From: an uncultured Planctomycetaceae bacterium
GTDB lineage: Bacteria > Planctomycetota > UBA8742 > UBA2392
DNA: 62,400 bases
Reading direction: 5' to 3'
Assembly: GCA_964652605.1 (NCBI GenBank)
Contig: CAZZBH010000005.1
Span: forward strand, 1 to 62,400
The notes beneath the pieces are model-generated. The model had not been told where the DNA came from, ran no database searches, and saw only the letters and a program-made list of their open reading frames with translations. The position numbers were made by a program, and so were the translations under genes. Positions 25,488 through 33,698 of the stretch are shown here, piece by piece; within the stretch, counting starts at the first letter, position 1; the number at the start of each line of letters is the position of its first letter.

Positions 25488-26219
25488 ATGCGCATGCTTG
25501 AAGCGCGATCACTTTTTGTGCGGTTCGGCGACACGGTTGCCCTGGACGGAGTTTCCGTGAAACCGCCGGTTGGGCGCACGACTGTGCTGATCGGGCCTTC
25601 CGGGTGCGGCAAGTCCACGCTGCTGCGCGCTTTCATTAGCTTGATCCCGCCAACCTCCGGCGAGGTGCTCTTTGACGGCGAAGGGGTCGTGCCGGGTCGC
25701 ACGCGCGACCTGCGCATTCGCACCGGGTACGTGATCCAGGAGGGCGGACTGTTCCCCCACCTGACGGCACGCGCCAACGTGACGCTGATGGCGCGCCGGG
25801 TCGGCCGCGACGATCCCGCGCGTGTGAGTGAACTTGCGGGGTTGGTGCGGCTTGAACAGGCGCTGCTGGACCGCTACCCGAGCGAGCTTTCCGGCGGCCA
25901 GCGCCAGCGCGTCAGCCTGATGCGCGCGCTGATGCTGGACCCAGCCGTGCTGCTGTTGGACGAGCCGCTGGGCGCGCTCGACCCGATGGTGCGCGCGGAC
26001 CTGCAGCGCGACCTGCGCGAGATTTTCCGCGACCTGAAGAAGACGGTGGTGATGGTGACGCACGACCTCGCGGAAGCGGCGCACTTCGCCGACCACGTGG
26101 CACTGATGCGCGACGGGCGAATTGAGCAGCAGGGCGAGTTCAAGGCGCTGATTGACGCGCCAGCCACCAACTTCGTGCGCGACTTCGTGAATGCTCAGCG
26201 GGAGTTGCATTCGGTATGA
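25488..26219 (+). CDS. ABC transporter ATP-binding protein (osmoprotectant/quaternary-amine Opu type)
   Basis: Walker A GPSGCGKSTLLR, signature LSGGQRQRVSL, Walker B LLLDEP. Its stop overlaps the start of the fused binding-protein/permease gene. The start could be 25467, 25488 or 25494. Confidence 0.85.
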   Translation: MRMLEARSLFVRFGDTVALDGVSVKPPVGRTTVLIGPSGCGKSTLLRAFISLIPPTSGEVLFDGEGVVPGRTRDLRIRTGYVIQEGGLFPHLTARANVTLMARRVGRDDPARVSELAGLVRLEQALLDRYPSELSGGQRQRVSLMRALMLDPAVLLLDEPLGALDPMVRADLQRDLREIFRDLKKTVVMVTHDLAEAAHFADHVALMRDGRIEQQGEFKALIDAPATNFVRDFVNAQRELHSV

Positions 26220-27814
26220 GTTGCGCCTTGGACAACGCAAACAAGAACCGCCTGCGTAAGCTGGCGGCTGGCAGCCAATGCTGGCTAGCCACGCGCTTAC
26301 GCACGTGGTTCTTGTTTGTGGTTGCGGTTGCGTCGGCAGGGCTAGCGGCACAGGAAGTTCGAGTTGGCAGCAAGGCTTTCAATGAGGGCGTTATCCTTGG
26401 CGAGATTCTTGCGCACCTGGCGCGCGAGTCGGGCGCGCAGGTCTTGCACAAATCTGGCATGGGCGGTACCGGCGTGCTGTGGGCTGCGCTGAGAGTTGGC
26501 GAGATCGACGCCTACGTTGACTACACCGGCACGCTGCTCAAAGAAGCCTACGCCACCGAAGCACCCGCCGATCTGGATGCGTTGCACGCACTGATGAAAC
26601 GGGACGGCCTCGTGCTCGGGCCAGCCGTCGGTTTTGAGAACACATACGCGATCGGAATGCGCGAGGCGCACGCGCAACGCCTTGGCATAGTGACCATCAG
26701 CGACCTTGCGAAGCACCCGGAACTGAAGCTGGGGTTCAGTAACGAGTTCAAGGAGCGCGCTGACGGTTGGCCCGCTGTGCAGGCCGCCTACAAGTTGCCG
26801 CACACAGACGTAACCGGGCTTGAACACTCGCTCGCCTACGAAGCAATGGAAGCCGGTCGCATTGACATCACCGACCTGTACTCAACCGACGCCGAGATCG
26901 AGCAGTACAACCTGCGCGTGCTCCGTGACGACCGCAAGGTCTTCCCCGAATACCAAGCCGTGGTCGTTTACCGCGCGGGCCTCGCGCCGTCGGTGGTGGC
27001 CGCCTTCACGCGACTGCAAGGGCGTATATCTGAGCCGCTGATGATCGGAATGAACGCGGCGGTGAAGATTGACAAGCAGACAGAAGCCGCAGTGGCCGAG
27101 CGCTTTATGCGCGAGGCGCTGCCGCGGCTGGAAGCGGGCGCGGAAGTTGACGCCGCCGAAACGCGCACCGGCGTGCGATCGATGGGCGAGCGCGTGCAAG
27201 ACGCGCTGGCGGAGCTGCCGCGGCTGACACTGGAGCACCTGCTGCTCGTCGGCGTCAGCCTGCTTGCCGGCGTGATTGTCGCCTTGCCGCTGGGTGTGTT
27301 CGCGCAGCGCCGTCGGCGGTTGGGGCAGGTGGTGCTGGGCGTGACGGGCGTGTTGCAGACCATCCCGTCGATCGCGCTGCTGGTGCTGCTGATCCCGCTG
27401 GTGGGGATCGGTTGGTGGCCGGCTGTGATCGCGCTGTTTTTCTATTCGCTGCTGCCGATTGTGCGCAACACGCATGCGGGGCTGTCCGACATCGACGCGC
27501 GCCTGATCGAAAGCGCCAACGCGCTGGGGCTAACAAGCGGCGAGAGGCTGCGGCTGATCGAACTGCCGCTGGCGGCGCGGCCGATTCTCGCGGGCATCAA
27601 GACAGCAGCGGTAATCAACGTAGGCACAGCCACACTGGGCGGCTTCATCGGCGCCGGCGGTTACGGAGAAGCCATCTTCGCCGGCATCCGTCGCCAGGAC
27701 AACGTGCAGATTCTCGAGGGAGCAATCCCAGCCGCACTGCTCGCCATCCTCCTACAACTCGCCTTTGAGCTACTCGAACGCAAAGCCGTCCCGCGGGGCA
27801 TGCAAGCTACTTGA
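26216..27814 (+). CDS. Fused substrate-binding domain + permease of an Opu-type (glycine betaine/choline-like) ABC transporter
   Basis: The N-terminal ~300 aa is OpuAC/OpuBC-like (VRVGSKAFNEGVILGEILA..., DAYVDYTGT, ITDLYSTD). The C-terminal ~220 aa is permease-like (IPSIALLVLLIPL..., EAIFAGI). Confidence 0.8.
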   Translation: MSCALDNANKNRLRKLAAGSQCWLATRLRTWFLFVVAVASAGLAAQEVRVGSKAFNEGVILGEILAHLARESGAQVLHKSGMGGTGVLWAALRVGEIDAYVDYTGTLLKEAYATEAPADLDALHALMKRDGLVLGPAVGFENTYAIGMREAHAQRLGIVTISDLAKHPELKLGFSNEFKERADGWPAVQAAYKLPHTDVTGLEHSLAYEAMEAGRIDITDLYSTDAEIEQYNLRVLRDDRKVFPEYQAVVVYRAGLAPSVVAAFTRLQGRISEPLMIGMNAAVKIDKQTEAAVAERFMREALPRLEAGAEVDAAETRTGVRSMGERVQDALAELPRLTLEHLLLVGVSLLAGVIVALPLGVFAQRRRRLGQVVLGVTGVLQTIPSIALLVLLIPLVGIGWWPAVIALFFYSLLPIVRNTHAGLSDIDARLIESANALGLTSGERLRLIELPLAARPILAGIKTAAVINVGTATLGGFIGAGGYGEAIFAGIRRQDNVQILEGAIPAALLAILLQLAFELLERKAVPRGMQAT

Positions 27815-27828
27815 GCGCACACGGCGCG

Positions 27829-29373
27829 CTACCACCGAACGGGCGTCGCAACTGCTATACGGCCGTTGCGCCATGCGTTTTCCGCCTCGTCACCGAATGC
27901 AGCCAGGTTGTCGCCAGACACCGTGAAACGGCCGCTATCCTTAGCTTGCGCAATCAGGGTCGCGGCTGACAGGTCAATATGCGAAAAGGCTATGTCCACG
28001 CCTTCAAGCTTCATACTCTGCAACACCTGCACCATTCCCAAGGTGATGCGGTCGGTACGACGCAAACTGACCCAGAGCAGACTCTTCGACCCCGCGAGTT
28101 TCCTTAAGCCCGACTCCTGTACCACTTTTCCAACCACGTCGCTGCTCATTTCGGCCAACTCGTGTGCTCGCACACGCCCGATCGCCAGTTGCCGCAACTT
28201 CGTAAAGGCGGCCACTGCTTCCAGGTCTTCATCCGTTATGTTGGCGCAGCCTGACATATCCAGGTATTCAAGATCGGGAAGCTGCCGAAGGTGGTCCATA
28301 GTCGCCAGCCCCCCTCCCCCGAGGGTGGGATGTCCTGCGAGAGACAATCTCCTCAAACCCTTGAGCTCCGGCAATTTGGTCAGATCTCCCAGGCGGTGCC
28401 CGCCCCATTTCATGTTGCCGCCTGTTTCATAGTCGTCGCGCTGAATTCGCCCCTGCCAGAACAACTCCTTCAGGTCTTTCAACTTTGCAAGGCTTTCCAA
28501 CGCCACGAATCCAACTTGGGTGATAAAGGAAAGGTCAAGCGCCACCAACCCAGGCATTCGTTTTACAAGATCCGCTATGCCACGATCATTGACATTGTCG
28601 CTACCTGAAATGTCCAAGCACTCCAACTCGAAATACTCAGCAACGTACTGCAGTTGCTCGTTGCTCTCGAGCCTCACCTTCAAAGCCTTGAGCCCTTTCG
28701 CGCGACTAAGGCACCCTAACACCAAGTTCGTATATTTCGCTTGAGTTTGACACTCGATGCGCTCGACTCCATACTCCTCAAACAACGCGGCGTACTGGGC
28801 CAGCCCTTCGCCTGGGAACGTCATGCTTAGCGCCGTCAGGCGCCCGGTGGACAGGATCTTCCTCAATGCCTCTATAGGAATGGTATGGCCAAAGACTGAC
28901 AGCGAATGCAGGCGTGGGAGCTGCGGAATCTCGTCCAACACCTCGGCATACAGATTACCCATCATCCGTAAAGTCTCGAGCCGCCGCAGCTTTCTCACGG
29001 CCGCCGCAACCTTCTTCAACTCCGTTGCTGTATAAGGTGAACTGTCAGCGTGCGAGTTAGTTCGACTAATCCATAGGTGAGTAACAGTGTCGGCAATGGA
29101 GTCCAATGCTTGAACGAGTTCTGCTGCGCCACTCTCACCGACGAAAACCCACGATCCCGCGGGAACATACTTCTTGCCGTCGCTAGCTGTTGGTAGAACG
29201 CGCTGATCAACCCACCCCTCCGCCGCCTGAGGACTCGCTATACAAAACGGCAGATAATCTACAGCCGGTAGCTCTTCAACCCAAAGCATCGCCGTCAGAA
29301 ATAGAATCACCGGTGAAACCTTCAGCCACTCCACTACTCCGCAACTTCGAACAGCAAACATTCTACATTTCAT
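27829..29373 (-). CDS. Leucine-rich-repeat protein of the cysteine-containing (FBXL/RNI-like) type with an N-terminal hydrophobic anchor; last gene of the low-G+C island
   Basis: Repeats such as LECLDISGSDNVNDRGIADLVKRMPGLVALDLSF, LPDLEYLDMSGCANITDEDLEAVAAFTKLRQLAI and LKGLRRLSLAGHPTL. The ATG at 29373 follows AGGAGAAGG. About 48% G+C in sampled lines. Confidence 0.7.
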   Translation of the reverse strand: MKCRMFAVRSCGVVEWLKVSPVILFLTAMLWVEELPAVDYLPFCIASPQAAEGWVDQRVLPTASDGKKYVPAGSWVFVGESGAAELVQALDSIADTVTHLWISRTNSHADSSPYTATELKKVAAAVRKLRRLETLRMMGNLYAEVLDEIPQLPRLHSLSVFGHTIPIEALRKILSTGRLTALSMTFPGEGLAQYAALFEEYGVERIECQTQAKYTNLVLGCLSRAKGLKALKVRLESNEQLQYVAEYFELECLDISGSDNVNDRGIADLVKRMPGLVALDLSFITQVGFVALESLAKLKDLKELFWQGRIQRDDYETGGNMKWGGHRLGDLTKLPELKGLRRLSLAGHPTLGGGGLATMDHLRQLPDLEYLDMSGCANITDEDLEAVAAFTKLRQLAIGRVRAHELAEMSSDVVGKVVQESGLRKLAGSKSLLWVSLRRTDRITLGMVQVLQSMKLEGVDIAFSHIDLSAATLIAQAKDSGRFTVSGDNLAAFGDEAENAWRNGRIAVATPVRW

Positions 29374-30499
29374 TTTCCTTCTCCTGCGCAAACTTAATCA
29401 GCTTCTCATTGTCCCACTCCAAAATAATACCGGTGAAATCGTCCTTCTTCTTCCACAGCGCATGCCTTCCCAACGCATCCTCATGACTAAACTGAACCGC
29501 AAATGAAGCATACGGAATCATCCCTCCCTCAATTTCCCAATCTCTTGTCTGCGGGCTCCTGAATGCCCTAGACCATACACGGGCAGTAGACCACGCCATG
29601 CTGTACTGCTTGTCCGGGTGCTTGGCTATACACTCCTCACTGGTCTCCTCCACAAGACCAATTCCGCGAATAATGATATCCGTCCGACCCTGACGCATTT
29701 CGTCCCAATATCTGCCTGGTGAGTCGCACCGCGCCATGAACTTCTGATGTTGGGATTCCCGTATGCCGCTCCAATAATAGCGCTCGTTGTTGAGTGGCCC
29801 TTCATCTGGGTAATTGTCGTTGGTCCACGTCGTCCTTCGTGGCACGCGCCGATTCTGGGTGGCCTCGCTCTTCTCTATCTGTAAACCCATTTCATAGGCC
29901 TGATGATCGCCCTGATGAATTCGTGCATGACAGTACGTGAGAAACTTACAATTCCTGTGAAACTCCAAAATAAAAACCATGCCCTCAGCATAGCCCGCCA
30001 AACCACGCTGATCCTTCCGCCATAGCCCCCAAGCCCCCAGCCTAGGCGCGTCGTTGGGAAGTTGAGGGTTCTGAACCCAATTACGCGCCTCAAACCCTTT
30101 CGTACCATACCACTCCCAACGCTTCGTGATGGCATGAATAATAACTTGATCAATAACTCCTATGTTTGGCGCCTCCACGCCCATAACGCGACCACCGACA
30201 TTACGCGAAAACATCGTAGCGTAACACTTGCAAGGCCCTCCAGGAACTTTTAGAAGAATGCCGCCGATCGGACGGTCGTAGGCCGTAGGTTGATGCTGGT
30301 CCACAGCTTTGATCTCAGCAGCCTCGGGGGAAGGCGTTGTGGGATCCTGCGTTGGCACTTCGGGTTCCGACTCGTCTTCCCTTTCGGGCGAAGCAGCCGG
30401 TCCCCGAATCTCTCCTCCCGGCACAGGAAGACCGGGGCGGCCCGGAGGCGTGACACTATCCAAAAACTTCGAGTTCGAGGACCTAGTTCTCTTCGGCAT
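29363..30499 (-). CDS. Hypothetical protein with a ~80-aa Pro/Glu/Ser/Thr-rich disordered N-terminus and a Cys/His-rich core; island gene 3
   Basis: Strong SD (GGAGGGGAGG) precedes the ATG. The start lies 4 nt after the upstream stop. I recognise no family. Cys/His cluster EFHRNCKFLTYCHARIHQGDH and GGPCKCY. Confidence 0.55.
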   Translation of the reverse strand: MPKRTRSSNSKFLDSVTPPGRPGLPVPGGEIRGPAASPEREDESEPEVPTQDPTTPSPEAAEIKAVDQHQPTAYDRPIGGILLKVPGGPCKCYATMFSRNVGGRVMGVEAPNIGVIDQVIIHAITKRWEWYGTKGFEARNWVQNPQLPNDAPRLGAWGLWRKDQRGLAGYAEGMVFILEFHRNCKFLTYCHARIHQGDHQAYEMGLQIEKSEATQNRRVPRRTTWTNDNYPDEGPLNNERYYWSGIRESQHQKFMARCDSPGRYWDEMRQGRTDIIIRGIGLVEETSEECIAKHPDKQYSMAWSTARVWSRAFRSPQTRDWEIEGGMIPYASFAVQFSHEDALGRHALWKKKDDFTGIILEWDNEKLIKFAQEKENEM

Positions 30500-30502
30500 G
30501 TC

Positions 30503-31165
30503 CTACCTCCCCTCCACAACCAATGGTGGAAGCAAGGTTTTCCCAAGCTGGCGCCCGCCGGGTTCCAAATGTCCGGGAGGTTCAATCTCTCGCAAAAAGA
30601 TCGAAGGGTTCCCAGCGCGATGGTCTCCTACGTGGTCCTGGTTCCCACCCACTAAGTTCGCGCGCAAAGACCAATCATTTGGATCAGCACTCATAAACGG
30701 AAATGACAGCTCTTCGCTGACCTTGAATGAGCTATGCATCGACGATGAAACAGGATGGTCAGGTGTTGGTGTTGGTGTTGGTCTTGGTGTTGGTGTCGGT
30801 GTTGGTCTTGGTGTTGGTGTCGGTGTTGGTGTCGGTGTTGGTGTCGGTGTTACTGCCGACAACGAACTAGTCTCGGCTGGAATGGTTTCGCCCTCGGCGG
30901 CAGCATTAGGTTCGGCTGCAGCAAGTCCTCTCGATCCGCCAGGTGAACCATCACCGGCCCCCGACCATTGACCTCCCGGACACCCTAGCGGCACAGGTAC
31001 AGCTTGATTGGGATATAACTGATTCCACAGCCCCTGAGGATACGTGACCTCATTCAGGTGGGCGGGAATAGTTCCATGTGGAGTGTATATAGAACTACCG
31101 GTTTTCGGCAACCGGGACAACAGCACCGTGCACATCTGTGGGTAGCTTTGAGTTAGATACGGCAC
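30503..31165 (-). CDS. Hypothetical low-complexity protein with a (Thr-Pro)n linker; island gene 2
   Basis: ORF with GTG at 31165 (alternative ATG at 31135). Central TPTPTPTPTPTPRPTPTPTPRPTPTPTP. Largely Pro/Gly/Ser/Ala-rich. No recognisable domain. Confidence 0.45.
   Translation of the reverse strand: MPYLTQSYPQMCTVLLSRLPKTGSSIYTPHGTIPAHLNEVTYPQGLWNQLYPNQAVPVPLGCPGGQWSGAGDGSPGGSRGLAAAEPNAAAEGETIPAETSSLSAVTPTPTPTPTPTPTPRPTPTPTPRPTPTPTPDHPVSSSMHSSFKVSEELSFPFMSADPNDWSLRANLVGGNQDHVGDHRAGNPSIFLREIEPPGHLEPGGRQLGKTLLPPLVVEGR
30762..30851. repeat. Hexanucleotide microsatellite (GGTGTY/GGTCTT) x15 encoding (Thr-Pro)n on the minus strand
   Basis: 15 contiguous hexamers: GGTGTT x9, GGTGTC x4, GGTCTT x2. 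Confidence 0.9.
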
Positions 31166-31529
31166 GTCAAACCCCAGTTACCATGTGGCGTCGGTTCCAA
31201 GCTTCAATCGACTATCCTGGCACTGGCACACCGGCGCAACACAAATACACACATCGACTACTTGTAGTACGGACATTCGTCGACCGATTTTCATTGGCAC
31301 TTCGAACCGCCGAAGTTGCTATGTTGCTGTAAGCGCCACGCCCCCTATCCCCTTTATCGAGCTGCTGCGGGGCGTGTATGCTTGGCATCGTAGTAAAGTT
31401 GGGTTTTGGTACATTGGAATAGGCATCCGGCGAAACGACGATCTCTACGCCGCGATCGGGACATCTACCCCCGTTGTTCAACTCCATCTGGCACCCCCAA
31501 CGATTCGATTTGCTGTCTACCTAACAACT

Positions 31530-32492
31530 CTACTGCGGTACACTGAAGTTGTGAATCAAGCTAATCGCACCCTGCGATCCAATTGCGAAACCTGCCGGCC
31601 AACTAACCCAAGTGACCTGAGCCGTGTTCAAGTTGCCACCAGCGAAGTCTGGGCTACCCATCGTAGTGCGCTTGACAAACATCGTTTCTCTCATCGGCTC
31701 TGGTACAATCCCCGTCACTCCACGAGTTGGGCCTGCCTTGCCATCATCCCCGAGAACCATAAAGTATATTCGTTGAATTGCAGGATTCACTTCATTTGGA
31801 TTCAGCTGCCCCTGCATCATATCGTTTATCAGAAATGGTGTTCCATTAAACGATGGAACATAACTCGGTACTGCTTGACCGAGCGCGGGGTCGTACCAAA
31901 AGTATGGCACATAAGGAACGTCGTAACCTGCGGCGCGACACAGCGATTGATACTGTAGCAGGCATCGAGTGCTTCCCATTATTATCGTAGGGCGGCCATC
32001 GTTGGACACAACTCTTTGGTATGCAAGGTCCATTGCGTCTAATGTTAGTGCTCCACTCGCGTCCACTTTACGATCATCGTCCATAAGGTTGTGTAGCGCT
32101 GGTGATCCGTCATCTATGTCCAGCTGCTCAAAGTATCGATATAGAAGCCGCCTTAAAGCCAGCGCGTACTCGACCGCATCAATGTCGCTTGGGTTCTGAT
32201 AACGGTCTTGGTCTGCGTAATTCACCGTGTAACTGGTGATGAACTCGTTGAACGAGAATGTTTGCAAATTCGGATCGACATCAACCACGTCGGAGTTATC
32301 GCTGGCGGCGGCACCGTCGTTGACAATTTGTGCACCGCCGATTGTCGAGTTCTCGCGCGGATAGGTGATACTTCCGCCAGCAATTCCGAGAAACGGCCAA
32401 ACGCGGGCTATCTGCAGCTTAACAGGTGAGTTCTCGATGAGCCATTGTGCTGTTGGACTGCTCGCCAACAGGTTTGCGTTGCCCACAGCCAT
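31530..32492 (-). CDS. HK97-fold major-capsid-protein-like / encapsulin-like shell protein (putative); first gene of the low-G+C island
   Basis: 320 aa; GAGGAGGG lies 8 nt before the ATG. By-eye colinearity with HK97 gp5 covers three elements. E-loop region: ITYPRENSTIGGAQIVNDG...TFSFNEFITSYTV against LEYVREEVFTNNADVVAE...TFSKQTANVKTIA. Spine helix ending in DG: IDAVEYALALRRLLYRYFEQLDIDDG against LQSYINNRLMYGLALKEEGQLLNGDG. A-domain strand: RPTIIMGSTRCLLQYQSL against ASGIVLNPRDWHNIALL. No delta/scaffold domain is present. Confidence 0.5.
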   Translation of the reverse strand: MAVGNANLLASSPTAQWLIENSPVKLQIARVWPFLGIAGGSITYPRENSTIGGAQIVNDGAAASDNSDVVDVDPNLQTFSFNEFITSYTVNYADQDRYQNPSDIDAVEYALALRRLLYRYFEQLDIDDGSPALHNLMDDDRKVDASGALTLDAMDLAYQRVVSNDGRPTIIMGSTRCLLQYQSLCRAAGYDVPYVPYFWYDPALGQAVPSYVPSFNGTPFLINDMMQGQLNPNEVNPAIQRIYFMVLGDDGKAGPTRGVTGIVPEPMRETMFVKRTTMGSPDFAGGNLNTAQVTWVSWPAGFAIGSQGAISLIHNFSVPQ

Positions 32493-32655
32493 GGTAGCGC
32501 CCTCCTCGCACAGTTGCGTTACAAGATACCTAATTTCACCCCGTCAGCCATCACGTCGCCGTCACACTTTTGTCATATTTGCCGGCAAACGATGACATCC
32601 TACAAGGTGTCGCGGGATGACAGGTCATTCTTGTTATCTGCAGGTTAGTCGGCCG

Positions 32656-33588
32656 TTAATGCGCTGCTGCCATGGCTTCCTGCACCGCCTTGGCGAGGTC
32701 GGCTGGGCTTTCTGCTACTGTGATTCCGGCGGCCCTTAGCGCTTTCATCTTGTCTTCGGCTGTGCCTTTGCCGCCTGAGATGATGGCTCCGGCGTGGCCC
32801 ATGCGCTTGCCGGGGGGCGCGGTGCGGCCGGCTATGAACGCGGCTACCGGCTTGTGCATGTGGTCGCCGATCCAGCGGGCAGCCATTTCCTCGGCGTTGC
32901 CGCCGATTTCACCGATCAGGATTACGGCGTCAGTCTCAGGGTCGTTGTTGAACGCCTCGAGGCAATCGATGAAGTTGGTGCCGTTGACCGGGTCGCCGCC
33001 GATGCCGACGCAGGTGCTCTGGCCCAGGCCGGCTTGCGTCACCTGGTGCACTGCCTCGTACGTCAGTGTGCCGCTGCGGCTTACGATTCCGATGCGCCCC
33101 GCGCGATGAATGTGGCCGGGCATGATGCCGATCTTGCACTCGCCGGGCGTGATTACGCCCGGGCAGTTGGGGCCGATCAGCCGGGTGTTCGGGTAGCGCT
33201 CGGTCAGCACCTTCTTCACGCGCACCATGTCGAGCACCGGGATGCCCTCGGTGATGCAGCACACCAGGCGCACACCCGCGTCGGCGGCTTCGAGAATCGC
33301 GTCTGCCGCCAAAGCCGGCGGCACAAACACCATGGAGGCGTCAACGCCCACCTTGTCCATGGCGTCGGCGACGGTGTTGAAGACAGGGATCTCGGCTTTG
33401 CTGCCGTCGGGGCGCAGGATGTCGTTGCCCGCGGGGTCTTTGTCGAACACCTGGCCGCCCTTGCCGGGCGTTACGCCGCCGACAAAGTTGGTGCCGTACT
33501 CGATGCAGCGCGCGGAGTGAAACGCGCCGTGCGTGCCGGTGATGCCCTGGCAGATGACTCGCGTGGCCCTGGAAACGAAGATCGACAT
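32656..33588 (-). CDS. sucD: Succinate--CoA ligase [ADP-forming] subunit alpha
   Basis: [25 protein letters not shown]..., [23 protein letters not shown] and MGHAGAII are near-colinear with E. coli SucD. The ATG at 33588 matches the family N-terminus. Confidence 0.95.
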   Translation of the reverse strand: MSIFVSRATRVICQGITGTHGAFHSARCIEYGTNFVGGVTPGKGGQVFDKDPAGNDILRPDGSKAEIPVFNTVADAMDKVGVDASMVFVPPALAADAILEAADAGVRLVCCITEGIPVLDMVRVKKVLTERYPNTRLIGPNCPGVITPGECKIGIMPGHIHRAGRIGIVSRSGTLTYEAVHQVTQAGLGQSTCVGIGGDPVNGTNFIDCLEAFNNDPETDAVILIGEIGGNAEEMAARWIGDHMHKPVAAFIAGRTAPPGKRMGHAGAIISGGKGTAEDKMKALRAAGITVAESPADLAKAVQEAMAAAH

Positions 33589-33698
33589 GCTTCCCCCCTT
33601 TGTGCGGGGCGCGTTGTAGCGCATAGGCGCGGATAGGACAATTGGGGTGTCGCAAGCCAGGCTATCGTGCGGGACTTCGTGACTGACGAGGAGGTTTC

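Noticed and set aside
30309-31958. Plus-strand ORFs 30309..30971 ((Gly-Val)n protein) and 31185..31958 in the island
   Set aside because: The first exists only because the hexamer microsatellite is open in both strands, and it crosses the boundary between two minus-strand genes. The second is antisense to the capsid-like gene and has no SD or motifs.
27815-32655. Complete or recent prophage
   Set aside because: Only one phage-like gene (the capsid fold) is present. There is no integrase, terminase, portal, tail or lysis gene, no att-like direct repeat that I could see, and the block is only ~4.8 kb. A deeply eroded prophage remnant remains an alternative to the compartment hypothesis.
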